From: Isurus oxyrinchus
Lineage: Eukaryota
Assembly (NCBI GenBank): GCA_026770705.1
Contig: JANJGN010000013.1
Coordinates: 64,728,001 to 64,792,000 of the forward strand
DNA length: 64,000 nt
Direction of reading: 5' to 3'
In this document: positions 57,201-64,000 of the stretch, in pieces
Layout of the letters: every line of letters starts with the position of its first letter
How positions within the stretch are numbered: the first letter of the stretch is position 1
Translations under genes and position numbers: made by a program
Notes under the pieces: model-generated
What the model saw: only the letters and a program-made list of their open reading frames with translations
Databases searched by the model: none
Told to the model about the DNA's origin: nothing

Positions 57201-59474
57201 TGGCAGAGTAACAAGGGCATCAGGTGACAGAATAATCAGAGCATCCATTGGCAGAATAACCAGAGCATCAGTTGTCAGAGTAACCAGAACATCAGGTGCC
57301 AGAGTTTCCAGGACATCAGGTGCCGGAGCAACCAGGGCATCAGATGCTGGAGAAACCAAGACATCAGGTGATAGAGTAACAAGGGAATCAGGTGGGACAG
57401 AAACCAGAGCATCAGGTACCAGAATAATAAGAGAATGAGGTGCCAGAATAACCAATGCATTATGTGGCAGAGTATCTATTGCATCAGGCGCCAGGTTTGC
57501 CATAGCATCGGGTGGCAGAGTAACCATAGCATCAGGTGCCAGAGTAACCCGAGCATCAGGCGGCAGAGTACCCAAAAGCATCAGTTGACAGAGTACCAAA
57601 GCATCAGGTGCCAGAGTAACCAGTGCATCAGATGGCAGAGTAACCAGAGCATCAGGTGCCAGAGTAACCCGAGCATCAGGCGGCAGAGTACCCAAAAGCA
57701 TCAGTTGACAGAGTACCAAAGCATCAGGTGCCAGAGTAAACAGAACATCAGGTACCAGAGTTAACAGGGCATCAGCTGCCAGAGCAACCAGAGCATCAGC
57801 TGGCAGAGCAACCAGGGCATCAGTTGCTAGGATATACATTGCATCAAGCGCCAGATTTACTAGGGCATCATTTGCCAGAGTAATCAGAACATCAGATGCC
57901 AGAGTAACCAGGGCATCAGATCCCAAATTAACCAGGGCATCATGTAGGAGAGTAAACAGAGCATCAGGTGGCAGAACAACTATGGCATCAGGTGGTAGAA
58001 TAACCAGAACATCAGGTTGCCGAATAATCAGGGCATCAGGTAGCAGAGTAACCACAGTATCAGTTGGCAGAGTAACCAGAGCATCAGTTGGCAGAGTATC
58101 CAGAACATCAGGTGCCAGTGTTTCCAGTGCATCAGGTGCCAGAGGAACCATAGCATCAGTTGTCTGAGTAACCAGAGCATCATGTTGCCATTTAACCAGG
58201 GCTTCAGCTGTCAGAGCAACCAGAGCATCAGGTAGCAGAGCAACCAGGGCATCAGTTACCCAAGTAATCAGGGCATCTGGTGGCAGAGTAACCAGAGCAT
58301 CAGCTGTCTGAGTAACCAAAGCATCACGTTGCCATTTAACCAGGGCTTCAGCTGTCAGAGCAACCAGAGCATCGTGTAGCAGAGCAACCAGGGCATCAGT
58401 TACCTAAGTAATCAGGGCATCAGGTAGCAGAGTACCAGTGCATCATTTGGCACAATAACCGCAGCATCAGGTGTCAGAGTAACCAGAGCATGTTGGCAGA
58501 ATAAACAGAGCATCAGTTGGCAGAGTAACCAGAACATCAGGTGCCAGTGTAACCGAGCTTTAGGTAGCAGAGTAATCAGGGCATCAGGTGGCAGCATAAC
58601 CAGAGCATCAGGTGGCTGAGTAACCAGAGTATCAGATGCCAATTAACCAGAGCTTCATGTGGCAGAGTAACCAGGGAATCAGGTGGATGAGTTATCATGG
58701 CATCATATGGCTGAGTAACCAGAGAATCTTTTGGCAACATAACCAGGGTATCAGATATCAGGGTTATAAAAGCATCAGAGGTCAGAATAACGAGGGTATC
58801 AGGTGCCTGAGTAACCAGACCATCAGGTGCTCTGTTAACCAGTGCCTCAGATGCCAGAGCAACTAGAGCTTTATGTGGCAGAGTAACAAGGGCATCAGGT
58901 GACAGAATAATCAGAGCATCCATTGGCAGAATAACCAGAGCATCAGTTGTCAGAGTAACCAGAACATCAGGTGCCAGAGTTTCCAGGACATCAGGTGCCG
59001 GAGCAACCAGGGCATCAGATGCTGGAGAAACCAAGACATCAGGTGATAGAGTAACAAGGGAATCAGGTGGGACAGAAACCAGAGCATCAGGTACCAGAAT
59101 AATAAGAGAATGAGGTGCCAGAATAACCAATGCATTATGTGGCAGAGTATCTATTGCATCAGGCGCCAGGTTTGCCATAGCATCGGGTGGCAGAGTAACC
59201 ATAGCATCAGGTGCCAGAGTAACCCGAGCATCAGGCGGCAGAGTACCCAAAAGCATCAGTTGACAGAGTACCAAAGCATCAGGTGCCAGAGTAACCAGTG
59301 CATCAGATGGCAGAGTAACCAGAGCATCAGGTGCCAGAGTAACCCGAGCATCAGGCGGCAGAGTACCCAAAAGCATCAGTTGACAGAGTACCAAAGCATC
59401 AGGTGCCAGAGTAAACAGAGCATCAGGTACCAGAGTTAACAGGGCATCAGCTGCCAGAGCAACCAGAGCATCAG
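51240..59474. repeat. Young, near-identical higher-order repeat (HOR), unit 2013 bp (84 monomers minus 3 bp), about 4 copies with structural variants
   Basis: The marker GCTAGGATATACATTGC occurs at 51261, 53272, 53800, 55813 and 57826, with a variant at 59501. Spacings are 2011, 528, 2013, 2013 and 1675. Near-identical ORFs are offset by 2013 (54792/56805, 54448/56461, 54948/56961). Confidence 0.95.
52997..54061. repeat. 528-bp (22-monomer) tandem duplication inside the HOR array
   Basis: The marker is at 53272 and 53800. At ~53525 the sequence jumps back to GAGCATCAGGCGGCAGAGTACCCAAAA, matching 52997. ORF 52347..54293 contains the corresponding 176-aa duplication. Confidence 0.92.
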
Positions 59475-59500
59475 TTGGCAGAGCAACCAGGGCATCAGTT

Positions 59501-61393
59501 GCTAGGATAAACATTGCATCAAGCGCCAGATTTACTAGGGCATCATTTGCCAGAGTAATCAGAACATCAGGTGCAAGAGTAACCAGGGCATCAGATCTAA
59601 AAGTAACCAGGGCATCATGTAGGAGAGTAAACGGAGCATCAGGTGGCAGAACAATAAGGGCATCAGGTGGTAGAGTAACCAGAACATCAGGTTGCCGAAT
59701 AATCAGGGCATCAGGTAACAGAGTAACCACAGTATCAGTTGGCAGAGTAACCAGAACATCAGTTGGCAGAGTAACCAGAACATCAGGTGTCAGTGTTTCC
59801 AGTGCATCAGATGCCAGAGGAACCATAGCATCAGCTGTCTGAGTAACCAGAGCATCACGTTGCCATTTAACCAGGGCTTCAGCTGTCAGAGCAACCAGAG
59901 CATCAGGTAGCAGAGCAACCAGGGCATCAGTTACCCAAATAATCAGGGCATCTGGTGGCAGAGTAACCAGAGCATCAGCTGGCAGAGCAACCAGAGCATC
60001 AGATATCAGAGTAACCAGAGCATCAGGTGGCAGAGTAACCAGGGCAACAGGTGCCAGAGTACCAGTGCATCATTTGGCACAGGAACCGCAGCATCATGTG
60101 TCAGAGTAACCAAAGCATCTGTTGGCAGAATAAACAGAGCATCAGTTGGCAGAGTAACCAGAACATCAGGTGCCAGTGTAAGCGAGCTTTAGGTAGCAGT
60201 GTAATCAGGGCATTAGGTGGCAGCATAACCAGAGCATCAGTCGGCAGAGTAAACAGTGCATCCGTTGGCAGGGTAACCAGAACATCAGGTGCCAGAGTTC
60301 CCAGGGCTTAAGCTGCCAGAGTAATCAGAGCACCAGGTGGCAGACTAAACAGGGCATCAGCTGCTAGGGTAAACATGGCATCAAGCACCAGATTAATCAG
60401 GGCATCATTTGCCAGAGTAACCAGAGCATCAGATCCCAGAGTAACTAGGGCATCAGATGGCAAAGTAACCAGAGCATCATGTGGGCGGGTAACCAGGGCA
60501 TCAGCTGCCAGAGTAAGCAGAATATCAGGTGGCAGAGTAACCAGTAAATCTGGTGGCAGTGCAACCAGAGCATCAGGTGGCTGAGTAACCAGAGTATCAG
60601 ATGCCAATTAACCAGAGCTTCATGTCGCAGAGCAACTAGGGCATCGGTTGGATGAGTTACCATGGCATCATGTGGCTGAGTAACCAGAGAATCTTTTGGC
60701 AGCATAACCAGGGCATCAGTTATCAGGGTTATAAAAGCATCAGATGCCTGAATAACGAGGGTATCAGGTGTCTGAGTAACCAGACCATCAGGTGCTCTAT
60801 TAACCAGTGCCTCAGGTGCCAGAGCAACTACAGCTTTATGTGGCAGAGTAACGAGGGCATCAGGTGACAGAATAATCAAAGCATCCATTGGCAGAATAAC
60901 CAGAGCATCAGTTGGCAGAGTAACCAGAACATCAGGTGCCAGAGTTTCCAGGACATCAGGTGACTGAGCAACCAGGACATCAGATGCTGGAGAATCCAAG
61001 GCATCAGGTGATAGAGTAACAAGGGAATCAGGTGGCACAGAAAGAAGAGCATCAGCTGGCAGAGTAACAAGAGCATCAGGTGCCGGAATAATAAGAGCAT
61101 GAGGTGACAGTACAAGCAGTGCATCATTTGGCAGAGTTACTATTGCATTAGGTGCCAGAGTTGCCATAGCATCAGGTGCCAGTGTAAACAGAGCATCAGG
61201 TGGCAGAGTAACCAGAGCATCAGGTGCCAGAGTAAGCAGAGCATCAGGCGGCAGAGTACCCAAATGCATCAGTTGCCAGAGTACCAGTGCATCAGGTGCC
61301 AGAGTAACCAGAGCATCAGGTACCAGAGTTAACAGGGCATCAGCTGCCAGAGCAACCAGAGCATCAGTTGGCAGAACAACCAGAGCATCAGTT
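59501..61393. repeat. Older, diverged HOR copy (~1893 bp) downstream of the homogeneous block
   Basis: The marker variant GCTAGGATAAACATTGC is at 59501 and 61394. Diagnostic monomers (GTGGGCGGGTAACC, CAGGGTTATAAAAGC, GATGCCAATTAACC) appear in the same order with more substitutions. Confidence 0.85.
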
Positions 61394-64000
61394 GCTAGGA
61401 TAAACATTGCATCAAGCGCCAGATTGACTAGAGCATCATTTGCCAGAGTAATCAGAGCATCAGTTGCCAGTGTAACCAGGGCATCAGATCCCAAAGTAAC
61501 CAGGGCATCATGTAGGAGAGTAAACAAAGCATCAGGTGGCAGAACAATTAGGGCATCAGGTGGTAGAGTAACTAGAACATCAGGTTGCGAATAATCAGGG
61601 CATCAGGTAACAGAGTAACCACAGTATCAGTTGGCAGAGTAACCAGAGCATCAGTTGGCAGAGTAACCAGAACATCAGGTGCCAGTGTTTCCAGTGCATC
61701 AGGTGTCAGTGGAACCATAGCATCAGCTGTCTGAGTAACCAGAGCATCACGTTGTTGTTTAACCAGGGCTTCAGCTGTCAGAGCAACCAGAGCATCAGGT
61801 AGCAGAGCAACCAGGGCATCAGTTACCCAAGTAATCCGGACATCTGGTGGCAGAGTAACCAGAGCAACAGATACCAGAGTAACCTGCTCATCAGGTGGCA
61901 GAGTAACCAGAGCAACAGGTGCCAGAGTACCAGTGCATCATTTGGCACAGTAACCGCAGCATCAGTTGTCAGAGTAACCAGAACATCAGGTGCCAGTGTA
62001 ACCGAGCTTTAGGTAGCAGAGTAATCAGGGCATCAGGTGGCAAAGTAAACAGAGCATCAGTTGGCAGAGTAAACAGTGCATCAGTTGGCAGAGTAACCAG
62101 AACATCAGGTGCCAGAGTTTCCAGGGCATAAGCTGCCGGAGCAACCAGAGCAGCAGGGGACAGAGCAATGATGGAATCAGTTGGCAGAGCAACCAGGGCA
62201 TCAGGTGCTGAGATAACCATGGCAGCAAGCAGAGTAATCAGGGCATTATTTGACAGAGTAACCAGAGATCAGGTGGCAGAGTAACTAGGGCATCAGATGG
62301 CAAAGTGACCAGAACATCATGTAGGAAGCAACCAGGGCATGAGGTGCCAGAGTAAGCAGAGCATCAGGTGGCAGAGCAACCGGGGAATCAGGTGGCAGTG
62401 TAACCAGAGCATCAGGTGGCTCAGTAACCAGAGTATCCGATGCCAAAATGACCAGAGCTTCATGTGGCAGAGTAACCAGGTTATCAGGTGCCACAGAAAA
62501 CAAGGCATCAGGTGATAGAGTAACAAGGGAATCAGGTGGCACAGAAACCAGAGCATCAGCTGGCAGAGTAACAAGAGCATCAGGTGCTGAAATAATTAGA
62601 GCATGAGTGCCAGAATAAACAGTGCATCATTTGGCAGAGTAACTATTGCATCAGGTGCCAGAGTTGTCATAGCATCAGGTGCCAGTGTAACCAGAGCATC
62701 AGGTGGCTGTGTAACCAGAGTATTAGATGCCAAATTAACCAGAGCTTCATGTGGCAGAGCAACCAGGGCATCTGTTGGATGAGTAACCATGGCATCATGT
62801 GGCTGAGTAACCAGAGAATATTTTGGCAGCATAACCAGGGCATCAGGTATCAGAGTTAACAGAGCATCAGATGCCAGAATAACGAGGGTATCAGGTGCCT
62901 GAGTAACCAGACCATCAGGTGCTCTATTAACCAGTGCCTCAGATGCCAGAGCAAGTAGAGCTTTATGTGGCAGAGTAACGAGGGCATCAGGTGGCAGAAT
63001 AATCAGAGCATCCATTGGCAGAGTAACCAGAACATCAGGTGCCAGAGTTTCCAGGACATCAGATGCTGGAGCAACCAGGACATCAGGTGCCTGTGTAATC
63101 AGAGCATCAGGTTGCCGATTGACCAGGGCAACAGCTGTCAGAGCAACCAGGATATCAGGTGCCAGAGCAATCAGGGCATCAGATGCTGGAGAAACCAAGG
63201 CATCAGCTGATAGAGTAACAAGGGAATCAGGTTGCGCAGAAACCAGAACATCAGCTGGCAGAGTAACAAGAGCAACAGATCCCAAAGTAACCAGAGCTGT
63301 AGGTGGCAGAGTAACCAGGCCATTTGGTGCCAGGTGCTCTAGTAACCAGAGCATCAGTTGGCTGGGTAAACAGAGCATTAAGTGCCAGAGTAAACAAAGC
63401 TTTAGGTAGCAGAATAATCAGGGAATCAGGTGGCAGAGTAACCAGAGCATCAGTTGGCAGAGTAACCAGAGCATCAGTTGGCAGAGTAAACAGAACATCA
63501 GGTGCCAGACTTTCCAGGGCATCAGGTGCTGGAGCAACCAGAGCATCAGCTGTCTGAGTAACCAGAGCATCAGGTTGCCGATTAACCAGGGGATCAGCTG
63601 TCAGAGCAACCAGAGTATCAGATGGCAGAGCAACGAGGGTATCAGTTGCCCGAGTCAAAAGGGCATCAGGTGGCTCAGTAAACAGAGCATCAGGTGGCAC
63701 AGTAACCAGAGCATCAGCTGGCAGTGTAACAAGAGCATTGGATGCCAGAGTAAACAAAGCCTCAGGTTGCAGATTAACCAGTGAAACAGGTGCCAGGGTA
63801 CCAGTGGATCAGGTGGCAGAGTAACCAGAGCATCAGCTGGCTGAGTAACAGGAGCATCAGGTGGCAGAGTAACCAGAGAATCAGCTGGCAGAGTAACTAG
63901 GGCAACAGGTGCCAGAGTACCAGTGCACCATCTGGCACAGTAAACACAGCATCAGGTGTCAGAGTAACCAAAGCATCAGTTGGCAGAATAAACAGGGCAA

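Larger units (their letters stand above)
1..64000. repeat. Giant tandem array of a diverged 24-bp monomer, consensus GCATCAGGTG(C/G)CAGAGTAACCAG(A/G); satellite/minisatellite DNA, probably extending beyond both window edges
   Basis: GCATCA...CAGAGTAACCAG recurs every ~24 bp from the first line to the last, always in the same orientation. All ORF translations have an 8-residue period. No non-repeat stretch was seen. Confidence 0.99.
43500..64000. repeat. Subfamily domain D of the 24-bp array (contains the young HOR)
   Basis: Diagnostic variants are GCTCT(A/G)TTAACCAGTGCCTC, GCTTTAGGTAGC, GTTACCCAAGTAATC and GAATCTTTTGGC. These are concentrated from ~44 kb to the end. Boundaries are approximate. 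Confidence 0.72.

Noticed and set aside
340-61805. CAGGTAG (Zelda/TAGteam) sites as a zygotic enhancer cluster
   Set aside because: CAGGTAG is a one-base variant of the consensus CAGGTGG, is in the minority, and nothing indicates an insect host.
33-63784. Annotating the many six-frame ORFs as CDS (mucin-like, zonadhesin-like, LRR-like or membrane proteins)
   Set aside because: They overlap in four frames on both strands, are pure translations of the 24-bp unit, have no unique domains, and are bounded by recurrent frameshifts.
1-64000. CRISPR array (24-bp repeats)
   Set aside because: Monomers abut directly with no unique spacers, the repeats are degenerate, and there is no leader or cas gene.
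1-64000. Recoded minus frame (C-S-G-Y-S-G/A-T-TGA) as an ice-nucleation-like (AGYGST) or selenocysteine/TGA-readthrough protein
   Set aside because: The resemblance to InaZ octapeptides is superficial. The common AGATTAACC variant puts TAA stops in this frame, and frameshifts are frequent.
1-64000. Telomeric repeat, rDNA/tRNA array, transposon or diversity-generating cassette system
   Set aside because: There is no telomere-type G-run unit, RNA-gene sequence, terminal repeat, or recombinase/RT ORF, and no expression locus in the window.

Overview
The whole 64,000-bp window is one uninterrupted, single-orientation tandem array of a 24-bp monomer, about 2,670 copies by length/24. The consensus is GCATCAGGTG(C/G)CAGAGTAACCAG(A/G), about 54% GC, A-rich and T-poor on the + strand, with no CpG. 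I found no unique sequence, supportable gene, RNA gene, transposon insertion, inversion or CRISPR array. All six-frame ORFs are translations of the monomer: DALVTLAP/DALVTLPP and LWLLWHLM on the - strand, RASGARVT and QSIRCQSN on the + strand. The array has strong internal organisation. It falls into four regional subfamily domains with diagnostic variants and carries nested duplications of 96, 120, 144, 528, ~1200, ~1900 and ~9300 bp. A young, nearly identical 84-monomer (2013-bp) higher-order repeat lies at ~51.2-59.5 kb, flanked on both sides by older homologous layers. The best reading is a eukaryotic satellite or giant minisatellite undergoing higher-order repeat formation (inference). 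The organism cannot be determined, and all counts and coordinates were read by eye.
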